Shown here: piece after piece, positions 28,301 to 36,562 of the stretch
How the letters are laid out: every line of letters starts with the position of its first letter
Numbering within the stretch: position 1 is the stretch's first letter
NCBI GenBank assembly: GCA_964524485.1
Contig: CAZGFR010000004.1
Location: 3,036-67,035, forward strand
Origin: an uncultured Anaerolineaceae bacterium
Lineage (GTDB): Bacteria > Chloroflexota > Anaerolineae > Anaerolineales > Villigracilaceae
DNA length: 64,000 nt
Direction: 5' to 3'
Translations under genes and position numbers: made by a program
The notes under the pieces: generated by a model
Database searches by the model: none
What the model was told of the DNA's origin: nothing
What the model saw: the letters and a program-made list of their open reading frames with translations, nothing else

Positions 28301-29060
28301 CCTGCGCATCCTTTTGTATGCGGAAGCGCATGGCCACGTATCCCAGCGTCCCATCGCCGAATGTGACGCGGTGTTCGAGGCCAGTGCTAAAGTTCGGGTC
28401 ACTGGTCTCGACCGACTTCTGGATCTCCATGCCCACCAGAGGGGCATCCTCGGGGTGAACGAAGCGCTCTACATAGCGCGCGGCGTTCATGGTGTAACCG
28501 CCCTCGCGTTCGGCGCTGGTGCGCATCACGTTGTAGAACTGGTCGTTGAACGTGAAGGTGTCGGTCAGGAAATCATATTCCCAGTTGGCCAGGCGCGCAA
28601 TGCGCAAAGCCTCGCTCAATTGGGCTTCGCTGGCGCTCACCTTCTGGAACAGGCGCGCGTTCTCGAGAGCCAGTGAAAGCTGGTCGGTCACCTGCTTGAC
28701 GAGCAACTGATCGTCGGAACTCCAGGTGCGGGTGCGCTCCTCGTCCACCACGTGCATGGTGGCCCAGTTGGTCTGGTCCATCTGGAAGCCGATGGAGATG
28801 CTGGGCGGTACACCCATCTCGTTGCCGTTGTCCACGACGATGGAGTCGACCTGCTGCGTGAGCATGCCCGTGGCCGCCAGGCGCGGACGCGGCGCGGGAC
28901 GGGCCGATGCGACCGCCTTCGGGTCGACGACCTGCCTGCCGCCAGCCTCACGCGGACCCTTGGACTGGCCCCGTTTTGGCTTCGATGGGGCCTCTTCGGG
29001 CTGGATCCCGTCAAAGAGCGTATCAATACGCTTGTCGATTTTCTGTTTCTTCTTTGGCAT
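25380..29060 (-). CDS. Cytoplasmic hybrid sensor histidine kinase: basic N-tail, headless GAF-like module, PAS, GAF, PAS, GAF, HisKA, HATPase, two receiver domains
   Basis: HisKA reads FLANMSHELRTPLNSIIG. HATPase reads NLFSNAAKFT, DTGPGI, GGSGLGLSI. The two REC domains read LVLAIDDDP..VTLDIMMPGIDG and VLVIDDNP..VIIDLFMPDMDG. The kinase-proximal GAF (RFGFYHASIFIVEE..LADQVAIAIDNAR) belongs to the same family as the receptor GAFs. No TM segments are visible. The start is taken at ATG 29060; the ORF-track start at 29204 is a TTG. Confidence 0.85.
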   Translation of the reverse strand: MPKKKQKIDKRIDTLFDGIQPEEAPSKPKRGQSKGPREAGGRQVVDPKAVASARPAPRPRLAATGMLTQQVDSIVVDNGNEMGVPPSISIGFQMDQTNWATMHVVDEERTRTWSSDDQLLVKQVTDQLSLALENARLFQKVSASEAQLSEALRIARLANWEYDFLTDTFTFNDQFYNVMRTSAEREGGYTMNAARYVERFVHPEDAPLVGMEIQKSVETSDPNFSTGLEHRVTFGDGTLGYVAMRFRIQKDAQGRTVRSFGANQDITESKIGQLVQTATAQITEAALNAASLTDLLRAVHDAARRLAPADNFYIALYDPSEGMINFPYFVDEKDPPPPPMKYGLGLTSYIINTAAPLLVTPEMYEELQQQGRVTPDGAPGEDWLGIPLRSARGVRGVMTIQTYDPKIRLNEGHIQALVPLAAQVTAAIERFEARDALAKSEADLRTLFSSMEDVVLVVDGDARYIRIAPTNPGLLVRPPAELLGKRMHEVLPSEAADRFVALIRQTLETGEKIQFEYDLPVGTTVYWFLATLSKLNEDEVFWVARNITERKLAEESLKRRNTYLAASSDIARLVTSTLDLNTLFNRTVNLVRERFGFYHASIFIVEETGFTAHLQEATGEAGAAMKIQRHSLQVGSQSIVGQVTQSGAPLIVNDTESSTLHKPNPLLPGTRAEAAIPLRVGNRVIGALDIQSTQTDAFTEDDVAVLQTLADQVAIAIDNARSYELSMEAVKEMREIDRLKTTFLANMSHELRTPLNSIIGFSRVILKGIDGPITELQQSDLTAIYNSGQHLLGLINDILDLSKIEAGKMELAFEEVNMNDIIASVMSTATGLVKDKQIRLLKNIPADLPHAHADPIRVRQVLINLFSNAAKFTDEGSITVDAYIQNNSSGQPEIYVGVTDTGPGIAEKDQVKLFQPFSQVDDAPTRKTGGSGLGLSISQRLIRMHGGEIGLRSEVGKGSTFFFTLPVYREPKAADYGGKLVLAIDDDPQVISLYERYLQSSGYQVIPLSDPSQAVKRVAELKPFAVTLDIMMPGIDGWQVLTELKSNPETRDIPVMICSIIEEQERGFSLGASDYLVKPILEEDLVQALNRINPDGSIREVLVIDDNPNDLSLMGKMLTDNGNYKPLLAQGGAKGWEMILNQAPQAVIIDLFMPDMDGFKILEKMRTNKGLSEIPIIIVSSGDLTPEQRKQLEDYGQQFVHKSGLSEKELITSLEHALQRVKPGPA

Positions 29061-29820
29061 ATTCCACCAGTTCCTGGGCCAGGTCACGGTATTGGACGGA
29101 GCCGCGGGTGTTGGGTCGGTATTGGGTAATGGGCAGTCCTGCGATGGGGCTTTCGCGCAGTTTGGTATCCACTTCGATGACAGTCTTGAACACGCCCTCG
29201 CCAAAGGTGCTGCGCAACTGCTCGTTGATGTTGCGATGCGTGCGGTTGCGGCGGTCGAACATCGTCACCAGGATGCGATAGGCCAGGTCGGCGTTGCTTT
29301 CCATGCGGATGCGGCGGATGAGGTTCATCATGTTACGCAGGGCGTAAGCCGAGAAATACTCCGCCTGGGTGGGGATCACCAGCAGGTTGGCCGCGCTGAG
29401 CGCGTTCATGGTGATGGCGCCCAAAGCGGGCGGGCAGTCCATCAGGATGTACTCGTATTTCATGTTGCCCGCGCTCTGGATGGAACGGCGCAGGGTGGAG
29501 ATGTACCCCGTCCGCACGGGCAGGAAGTGTTCGGCGCTTTCGATGCGCGAGTTGCACGGCACCAGGTCGAGGTTGGCGATCTCCGTCGTGCGCACGGCCG
29601 TCATCAGCGGTGTGGCTTCGATCAGCACATTGCTCGACGTGTATTCACTCTCGCCGATCTCGATGCCCAGCGCCAGCGACAGGTTGGCCTGCGGGTCGAG
29701 GTCGATCAACAGCACCTTGTGTCCCAGTTCCGCCAGGGCGGCCCCGAGCGAGAGGGTGGTGGTGGTTTTGGCCACTCCACCTTTTTCGTTTGAAATGGCG
29801 ATTGTTTTGGTCATGGTCAT
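29023..29820 (-). CDS. Orphan ParA/MinD-family (Soj-like) P-loop ATPase
   Basis: It has the deviant Walker A (ISNEKGGVAKTTTT), then LLIDLDPQANLS and a Walker B region (ILMDCPPAL). No parB or parS-like partner is seen nearby. Confidence 0.9.
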   Translation of the reverse strand: MTMTKTIAISNEKGGVAKTTTTLSLGAALAELGHKVLLIDLDPQANLSLALGIEIGESEYTSSNVLIEATPLMTAVRTTEIANLDLVPCNSRIESAEHFLPVRTGYISTLRRSIQSAGNMKYEYILMDCPPALGAITMNALSAANLLVIPTQAEYFSAYALRNMMNLIRRIRMESNADLAYRILVTMFDRRNRTHRNINEQLRSTFGEGVFKTVIEVDTKLRESPIAGLPITQYRPNTRGSVQYRDLAQELVEYAKEETENRQAY

Positions 29821-29826
29821 CTCTCA

Positions 29827-32667
29827 CTAGGATTCGGGCCGCTCCGAAACGGATTGCGGCAGGACTTCGATGCGGTTGACGCCCAGGGCGTTCTTCAACT
29901 CCTGCATCGCCAGACGGATCATTTCGTTCGGGTCATTGGTCGAGCGGATGGTCGAGGTAATCTCAGATACCTTGCGTTCACGTTCGGCGCGTCGCAGGGA
30001 GTCCTGAAGCAGGCGGGCATTTTCGAGCGCCAGCGCCAGGCGGTCGGACGCGGTCTGCACCAGCGCCACCTCCTCCTTGGCCCACTGACGGTCCTTCTGC
30101 AGCGACATCACGTTCAGCACGCCGAGCAGTTCGCCGCGCAATTTAACGGGCATGACGATGGTCGGCTGGTGCGCGTCCCCGCCGTCCGTCACAACCACTT
30201 CGCCGCGTTCCAGCGCCTGCTGCATGCTCTCGCTTTGGACGGGCTTGTTGAGCAGCCTGCCGCCGCTGATCGACTGATAATAGCCGACGCTGGCGCTCTG
30301 CTGGGCGAAGCCCTTCCACTCCTGCCGCAGATACTGGCTGTACATGCTCTGCACTTCTTCGAGGGCCTGCTGGGTGCGTTCGAACAGGCGCGCGTTCTCG
30401 ATGGCGATGGCCACCTGGTCGGCCAGGGTGCTCAACACGTTGGCGTCGTTGTCGGTGAACGCCCCGTGCTTTTCGCTTTGCACGTCCAGCACGCCGATCA
30501 CGTCGCCGCGCACAATCAGCGGCAGGGCCATTTCGGAGTGGGTGTTAGGCAGGTCTGGGTTGTTGAAGAAAGCCGAGTCCGCGCCCACGTCGAGGGCGAT
30601 GCGCGGCTTGCCCGTGTTGGCCACATACCCCACGATGCCCGTCTGGCCCACCTGCAAGCGGTGACCGCGCGCCAGCATGCGCTGTCCGCCTTCGCTGTTG
30701 GCGGCCTGCAGCACGGCATAGGTGCGGGTCGGGTCGAGCAGGAAGATGCCTGTGTGATAGAAGCCGAATTTCTCGCTCACGGTACGGGCGATGAGCGGGA
30801 GCAGCACGTCGATACGCTGTTCAGCGGAGATGGCGCGTGAGACTTCGCTGATGGTCTCCAGGTTCCTGGCGCGCTCTTCACTTTGCAGGCGCGCGATCTC
30901 CAGGTCGTAGGTTCGCTCGGCCACGCTCCGTTCCAGTCCTCTCAGCGTATCGGAAAGCTGGCTCACGGTTTGATCCATCACACTGGCAAGCGTGCCGAGC
31001 TCGTCGGAGCGCTGGATGGCGTTCCGCACCGTGAGGTCGCCTGCCTGGATGCGCTCAGCGGTTGCCGTCAGGGACTGGACCGGGGCGACCAGCATCCTTG
31101 CGGATAGATTGGCCAGAAAACCTGCGCCAACGAAAAGGATCACAAGCAACGCCGCGCCCGCGCCCAATTGGCCGAACAAAGGCTGGAGGAAAGTCTCGCC
31201 GGGTTCCACGGCAATCGCCGTCCACGGTTTGAGCTGCGTGCGCGTCAGGCTGGCCTGGTCGTCACCGGGGGAGGTGTCGTTCGTTTCGAGTTCCACAGAG
31301 AAGAAATTCGAATCAGGATTTGCCAGGCCCGCTTCCATGTCGGGCAGGTTCAGCAGGAAATTCTCCTGTGGGCCAGGCGGGAGCCTCTGGGCATCCTGGA
31401 GGTCGGCGATCTGTGTCGCGCTGAACGGGGTGGATGTCTTGTAAAGCTTGTTCTCGTTCTTCTCGTCTGCGAGGATGGTGTGGTTTTCGTCCATCAGGAG
31501 AATGTAGGCGGTGGTATCGGCCGTATTGCCCTTCACAATTAGATTCTGCAGGACGGCCGCATCATATTCGACCACCAGCACCCCCAGCAGGGTGCCGTCC
31601 TCGTCCGAGATGGGGGCGCTGAAATACAGTTCCGCCGCACCCGTCTGCGGGTCGAACAGCACGTCCGAGGCGTAGGCCTGTCGATTCGAGATGACGGACC
31701 GATAGAAGGGGGCATTCGACTCATCGGTGGAGACGTGCGCCTGTTCCTCACTGCTGTCGAAGAGACTCTTGCCCTGGGCGTCGAGGACCAGATAGGTCTT
31801 GATCTCCCTTTGTGTCGAGCCCAGCGCCAGCAGCGTCCCCTGGAGTTCTTCGGCGGTTTCCTCTCCCTTGAGGAAGCCGATCACGCTGGGCAGGGTGGCA
31901 TTGGCCTGGATGGTGTTTAGATTATCCTGGAGGAAGGTGTCTATCTGGTGGGATGCCTGTTGCGCCTTATCCTGCAAACTCTGTCTGGATTTCTGGGTAA
32001 GGATATCCTGCGTGCTCAATAAAGCGGGGACGCCGATCATCAACACGGGCACGATCAACGTGATGAGGTAGGTTGTGTTGAGCTGGGTGCGCAACGACTT
32101 GAACTCGATCTGGGTGGTCAGGTGGATGCCGAAGAACAGCACCACCGCGCCGATGACGATGATGACACCCTGTTGGATCAAAGAGGCGATCGGAAGCCGC
32201 TCGGTGAGCTGCAGTCCATATTCGAAGATGAGGGTGGCGACGCTGAACATCCCGCCGATCACCAGGGCGAGTTGCACGCCGCGCGGCGGCAGCGCCTGCA
32301 GGGCAAAGATGGCCGTGAAGACTATCGCACCCAGAGCGAAAGTGATGCCCATCCCTGAAACGAAGAGCGTAGCAACGGTAAAGGTTAAGTTGACGATGCC
32401 GATGAATATCCAGGCCGTCAGGGAGGTATTCTTCGTCCGCCAGAGCAGGATCGTGCCTATCAGGATGGCCAGGCCCAGGATGGCATTGTCGATGAACAAC
32501 CCGTAATGCTGCCAGGCGCCGCCGCTCTGCCGTAACAGGCTGAGGTAGAACAGCTCGACCAGGATCACGGCGATCACGCCCGCCACACCGAAAGTCAGCA
32601 GGGTGCGATATTGGACGATTTGCTTGCTGGCTTGTCGTCGTTCTTGAGTGGGTTCAGAAGGTTGCAT
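29827..32667 (-). CDS. Receptor paralog R8: ~7 TM + dCache-like extracytoplasmic domain + TM + HAMP + GAF + GAF-like + C-terminal GAF-head stub; no output domain
   Basis: HAMP reads AERIQAGDLTVRNAIQRSDELGTLASVM. The signalling helix reads LERSVAERTYDLE. The GAF core reads KFGFYHTGIFLLD..GHRLQVGQTGIVGYVA..PDLPNTHSEMALPL..LADQVAIAIENARLF. A second module ends in RLALALENARLL. The terminal stub reads ERERKVSEITSTIRSTNDPNEMIRLAMQELKNALGVNRIEVL. Confidence 0.8.
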   Translation of the reverse strand: MQPSEPTQERRQASKQIVQYRTLLTFGVAGVIAVILVELFYLSLLRQSGGAWQHYGLFIDNAILGLAILIGTILLWRTKNTSLTAWIFIGIVNLTFTVATLFVSGMGITFALGAIVFTAIFALQALPPRGVQLALVIGGMFSVATLIFEYGLQLTERLPIASLIQQGVIIVIGAVVLFFGIHLTTQIEFKSLRTQLNTTYLITLIVPVLMIGVPALLSTQDILTQKSRQSLQDKAQQASHQIDTFLQDNLNTIQANATLPSVIGFLKGEETAEELQGTLLALGSTQREIKTYLVLDAQGKSLFDSSEEQAHVSTDESNAPFYRSVISNRQAYASDVLFDPQTGAAELYFSAPISDEDGTLLGVLVVEYDAAVLQNLIVKGNTADTTAYILLMDENHTILADEKNENKLYKTSTPFSATQIADLQDAQRLPPGPQENFLLNLPDMEAGLANPDSNFFSVELETNDTSPGDDQASLTRTQLKPWTAIAVEPGETFLQPLFGQLGAGAALLVILFVGAGFLANLSARMLVAPVQSLTATAERIQAGDLTVRNAIQRSDELGTLASVMDQTVSQLSDTLRGLERSVAERTYDLEIARLQSEERARNLETISEVSRAISAEQRIDVLLPLIARTVSEKFGFYHTGIFLLDPTRTYAVLQAANSEGGQRMLARGHRLQVGQTGIVGYVANTGKPRIALDVGADSAFFNNPDLPNTHSEMALPLIVRGDVIGVLDVQSEKHGAFTDNDANVLSTLADQVAIAIENARLFERTQQALEEVQSMYSQYLRQEWKGFAQQSASVGYYQSISGGRLLNKPVQSESMQQALERGEVVVTDGGDAHQPTIVMPVKLRGELLGVLNVMSLQKDRQWAKEEVALVQTASDRLALALENARLLQDSLRRAERERKVSEITSTIRSTNDPNEMIRLAMQELKNALGVNRIEVLPQSVSERPES

Positions 32668-32690
32668 AGATTTCTCTCACACTAAAGGCA

Positions 32691-35564
32691 TCACTTGCGG
32701 ACAGGTTGAGGCTTGACACCGTCGACCGTCGCCGACGGGGAAGGCTGTACCTGGACCAACACTTCGGTGTCGCCGCCCAGCGCCTGGCTCAACTCCTGCG
32801 CGGTGATCTGCAGGATCGACTCGAGGCGGATCGAAGAACCGATCTTGCCCGAAAGGTCGGCCGAGAGGCGTTCCAGTTCGGCGCGGCGGGTCGACTCTTC
32901 GAACAGGCGGGCGTTCTCCAGCGCGAGCGCCATTCGGTCGCTGACGGCCTGCACCAGGCTGATCTCGTCCACATTCCATTCGTGACCTTGTTGGCTCGGC
33001 TGGACGTTGATGACACCGATCACCTGGCCGCGGAGTTTGACCGGCATGGACAGGGACGCGGTCTGGCCGTCGTGCGCGGGGTTGAGGACCACCTCACCCC
33101 GTTCCAACGCGGCTCTCGCCTCGGCTGAATATTCCTCGGACTTCAGCCTGGCCCCGCCGCTCAGGGTTTGCTGGTATCCCAGGCCCTGGCTGCGGCGGGC
33201 AAAGCCCGTCCACTCCTGGCTGATGTACTGACGGTACACCGACTGCACCTCGGCCAGGGCGGCTTCCGTCTGGCTGAACAGGCGGGCGTTGTCGATGGCG
33301 ATGGCCACCTGGTCTGCCAGCACGGTGAGGGTGCTCAGGTTTTCGACCGTGAACACGCCGGAGTCGGTGCTTTGCATATCCAGCACGCCGATGGTCTGTC
33401 CGCGTGCGTTGAGGGGCAGCGCAATCTCGGAACGGGTATTGGGCAGATCGGGATTGTTGAAGAAAACGGCGTCAGCACCCACGTCGAGGGCGATGCGCGG
33501 TTGACCCGTCTGGGCCACGTAGCCCACGATGCCGGTCTGTCCCACTGCCAGGCTGTGACCGTGCGCCAGCATCCGCTTACCGCCTTCACTGCTGGCTGCC
33601 TGGAGGATGGCGAACTGTCGGTTGGAGTCGAGCAGGAAGATGCCCGTGTGATAGTAGCCGAATTTTTCGGTGATGAGGTTCGTGATGAGCGGCAGCAGCG
33701 ATTCGAGCCGCTGCTCGCCCGAGATGATGCGCGCCACGTCGCTAATGACCTCGAGGTCATGCGCGCGCGCCTCGCTTTGACGGCGGGCCACATCGAGGTC
33801 GTTAGTGCGTTCGGCCACGCGGGTTTCGAGGCTTTGCAGGGTCAGTTTCACCTGGTCGGACATGCGGTTGAACGTGGCTGCCAGTTCGCCGATCTCATCG
33901 TCCGCGCTGACGACAGCTTGGGCGGTCAGGTCGCCGGCGGCAAGTTTTTCAGCGGTGCTCTTCAAGGACAGCACCGGCTGCGAAATGATCCGCGCTGCAT
34001 ACAGGGACGAGAGTACGGCCAGCAGGATCAGCGCGATCGAGCCGAGCACGATGGCGCGGTTCTGGATGCGGACCGGGGCGTATAGCACGGATTCAGGCTG
34101 GCTGGCGATGGCCACCCACTTGACCGATTTCATCCGCGCGCCGGTCGTCAGAGCGCTGACCCCGGGCTTGGGCAGGTCGGCAGTGAAGTAGGGCGTTTGT
34201 TCGAGAGTCTGGATGCCCGCTACGACCGCGTCCGAACTGGCGATGGTTTCGTCGGCGGGACCGGGCGGAAGCAGTCCCTGCAATTGCAGGTTGGCCATGT
34301 CGATCGGCCCGTAGTTGCTGAAGGATTTGTACAACTCGTTGCGCGGACCGGTATAGGCCACGCGCACATAGGTACGGGCGTCCACCAGGGCCACGAGTTG
34401 TTGCTGTTCCTCATGGCCCGCCAACAGGGAGCGCATCATGTTCTGGAAGACGGCTGCGTTATATTCCGCGCGCAGGATGCCGATCACATCGCCGGAGAGG
34501 TTGCGGACCGGCGTGCTGAAATGGATATTGGCCTTGTTGCCGCTCTCGAAGACCAGGGTGGAGACGTACGGCAGGCCTGAGTTGAAGGGGACCTTGAAAT
34601 AGTCGAACCCGCTCTCGTCACGGCCGATCTGGTTCTCTGCCGTATCGAGGATATCCCGTCCGCTGACGTCGAGCAGGGCATACGAGTAGATGAACAGCAG
34701 GTCCTTGCGGACGAAGGTGTTCAGCGTGCGCAGGGCGTTGGCCTCCTCCGGGCTGCCCGCGCGCTGGAAGGTGGGCAGGGTCATGTACGCGATGATGGTG
34801 GGCTGTTGGGCTTCCGTGCGCAGGCTGTCCAATTGGGCGATGATGTACGCATCGGCCTTGTCGGCGGCGTTGGCGGCCAGGTCCGAGAGGTTCAACTTGG
34901 CCTGTGACTCCTGGGCCTGACGGCCCGCCAGGCTGCCAGCCGTGCCGAAGAGGAGCAGCGGGACCAGCGCTACGAGGGTGAAGGCGATCAGGATCTTTGC
35001 CTGCAGATTGAAGGAACTGAAATTCCTGAGGAGGAGGACGGTGAACACGATGGCCAGGACCGCTGAGATCGGGGTGCTGATCGTCGTGTTGGTTTGGATG
35101 CCAAACCCGACCGGCAGGAACAGGTCCGCGAGGATGGCCAGGGTGCCCAGGACGGCGGAGAAGGCAGCCGCCCGGACCACGTAGTTGGTCGGAAGCGTGG
35201 CGGTCGCGATGGTGGTCGTCATGACGATAAGCGCCAGGACCGGCGCAACCACCTGCCCGGGCAGCAGGTAGGGCATGAGCAGAATGGACATCACCAACAC
35301 AGTGATTAGGATGCCCATGCCGCCGCCCACCTGCCCGCGGTAGCTCAGGAGCAGGCTGACCAGGCCTGTCAGTGCCAGGAAACCGGCCAGGAAGACGCCG
35401 GCATAGATATCGCTCCCCAGGGTCTGCACGTTGAGCAAGAGGACTGCCGTGACGACGGTCAGGATCGCTGCTGTCAGACCGCTGATCCAGAGCGCGTTTC
35501 GGCGCCGCCTGTCTGTGAGGGCGTCGGAAGTGGGGGAGGGTGGTTGCGTTCGAGCGGGCATCAT
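32691..35564 (-). CDS. Receptor paralog R7: ~8 TM + dCache-like domain + TM + HAMP + GAF + GAF-like + GAF-head stub; no output domain
   Basis: It has the same architecture as R8. HAMP reads AEKLAAGDLTAQAVVSADDEIGELAATF, followed by LETRVAERTNDLD. The GAF core reads KFGYYHTGIFLLD..LADQVAIAIDNARLF. The stub reads RAELERLSADLSGKIGSSIRLESILQITAQELSQALGGDTEVLVQV. Confidence 0.8.
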   Translation of the reverse strand: MMPARTQPPSPTSDALTDRRRRNALWISGLTAAILTVVTAVLLLNVQTLGSDIYAGVFLAGFLALTGLVSLLLSYRGQVGGGMGILITVLVMSILLMPYLLPGQVVAPVLALIVMTTTIATATLPTNYVVRAAAFSAVLGTLAILADLFLPVGFGIQTNTTISTPISAVLAIVFTVLLLRNFSSFNLQAKILIAFTLVALVPLLLFGTAGSLAGRQAQESQAKLNLSDLAANAADKADAYIIAQLDSLRTEAQQPTIIAYMTLPTFQRAGSPEEANALRTLNTFVRKDLLFIYSYALLDVSGRDILDTAENQIGRDESGFDYFKVPFNSGLPYVSTLVFESGNKANIHFSTPVRNLSGDVIGILRAEYNAAVFQNMMRSLLAGHEEQQQLVALVDARTYVRVAYTGPRNELYKSFSNYGPIDMANLQLQGLLPPGPADETIASSDAVVAGIQTLEQTPYFTADLPKPGVSALTTGARMKSVKWVAIASQPESVLYAPVRIQNRAIVLGSIALILLAVLSSLYAARIISQPVLSLKSTAEKLAAGDLTAQAVVSADDEIGELAATFNRMSDQVKLTLQSLETRVAERTNDLDVARRQSEARAHDLEVISDVARIISGEQRLESLLPLITNLITEKFGYYHTGIFLLDSNRQFAILQAASSEGGKRMLAHGHSLAVGQTGIVGYVAQTGQPRIALDVGADAVFFNNPDLPNTRSEIALPLNARGQTIGVLDMQSTDSGVFTVENLSTLTVLADQVAIAIDNARLFSQTEAALAEVQSVYRQYISQEWTGFARRSQGLGYQQTLSGGARLKSEEYSAEARAALERGEVVLNPAHDGQTASLSMPVKLRGQVIGVINVQPSQQGHEWNVDEISLVQAVSDRMALALENARLFEESTRRAELERLSADLSGKIGSSIRLESILQITAQELSQALGGDTEVLVQVQPSPSATVDGVKPQPVRK

Positions 35565-35587
35565 GGTAGTTGTCTCATTTCGCGGCC

Positions 35588-36562
35588 CTATCTCAGGTAG
35601 GACTCGTCGAGCATGGCGTTGAAGTCGGGATTTGAGGTCAGGGTTCCAACCCGCACAAGGAAGTCAGTGTTGGTGGAGGCGATTTGCTGAATGGGGGAGG
35701 CGCCTCCGTCTGCACCGACCCGGTACAGGTCGAGATTGTTTTCGCGGTTGAACAGGGTGACGGGCGAGTTGAATTCGATGGTGCCCTGTGGAACCTTCAA
35801 GTATTCGGCGATGATCTGGCGGGCCGCCTGGGGATTCTGGCGGCGGAATTCCACGGCTTCGAACCAGGCGCGCAGGAAGGCGCGGATCTGGTCGGGCTGC
35901 GATTCAACCACCTCGCGGCGGAATACGATCACATCCGGGAAGAGCATCGAGGTCTCATTGGACTTGAACAGGATGCGGTTCCCTTTGGACAGGGCCTCAC
36001 CGGTGTAGGGTTCCCACGAAAAGCCTGCGTCGATGTCGACGCCCAACGCGGCGGGAACCTCGGCCGGGTCGTAATCGAACAGGGAGACGTCCGACAGTTT
36101 CAGACCGCCTGTTTCGAGCATCTGGACGACGAACAGTTCGTACGTCGAACCGATCGGCACGCCGATGCGCTTTCCTTTCAAATCCGGGACGCGCGTGATA
36201 TCGGGGCTGGCAATGACGGTGTTGGGACCGCCGTCGTCATAGACGGCTGGGATGACGATATCCGCGTGGTGGGAGGCGTTCAGCGCGTCGCCGATGTTCA
36301 TCAGCGCCCCGTCGAGCTGTCCGGCAGACAGGTCTGCCAGGCTTTTGTAATACACATCGTAATAGACGGGTTCCACGTCCACGCCGTACTTTTCGAACAG
36401 GCCGCGTTCCTTGGCGATGATCAGGGTGTAGTCACCCCACCAGGAAGTGAACTCGACCCGCAGGGGGGCGCGGGTGGCGGGCGCAGGTTCAAACGCGCCG
36501 CATGAGGTCAGCAGGCTGAGCACCACGGCGATTTGCAGGAATTTCCACAAGCGCGGGAACAT
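35588..36562 (-). CDS. Orphan lipoprotein substrate-binding protein, NMT1/THI5 (SsuA/TauA/NrtA-like) family
   Basis: It has a lipobox (LSLLTSCGA) and SBP-type sequence (LRVEFTSWWGDYTLIIAKERGLFEKYGVDVE..LKGKRIGVPIGSTYELF). No permease or ATPase genes are adjacent. Its ATG overlaps the R6 stop by 1 nt. Confidence 0.75.
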   Translation of the reverse strand: MFPRLWKFLQIAVVLSLLTSCGAFEPAPATRAPLRVEFTSWWGDYTLIIAKERGLFEKYGVDVEPVYYDVYYKSLADLSAGQLDGALMNIGDALNASHHADIVIPAVYDDGGPNTVIASPDITRVPDLKGKRIGVPIGSTYELFVVQMLETGGLKLSDVSLFDYDPAEVPAALGVDIDAGFSWEPYTGEALSKGNRILFKSNETSMLFPDVIVFRREVVESQPDQIRAFLRAWFEAVEFRRQNPQAARQIIAEYLKVPQGTIEFNSPVTLFNRENNLDLYRVGADGGASPIQQIASTNTDFLVRVGTLTSNPDFNAMLDESYLR

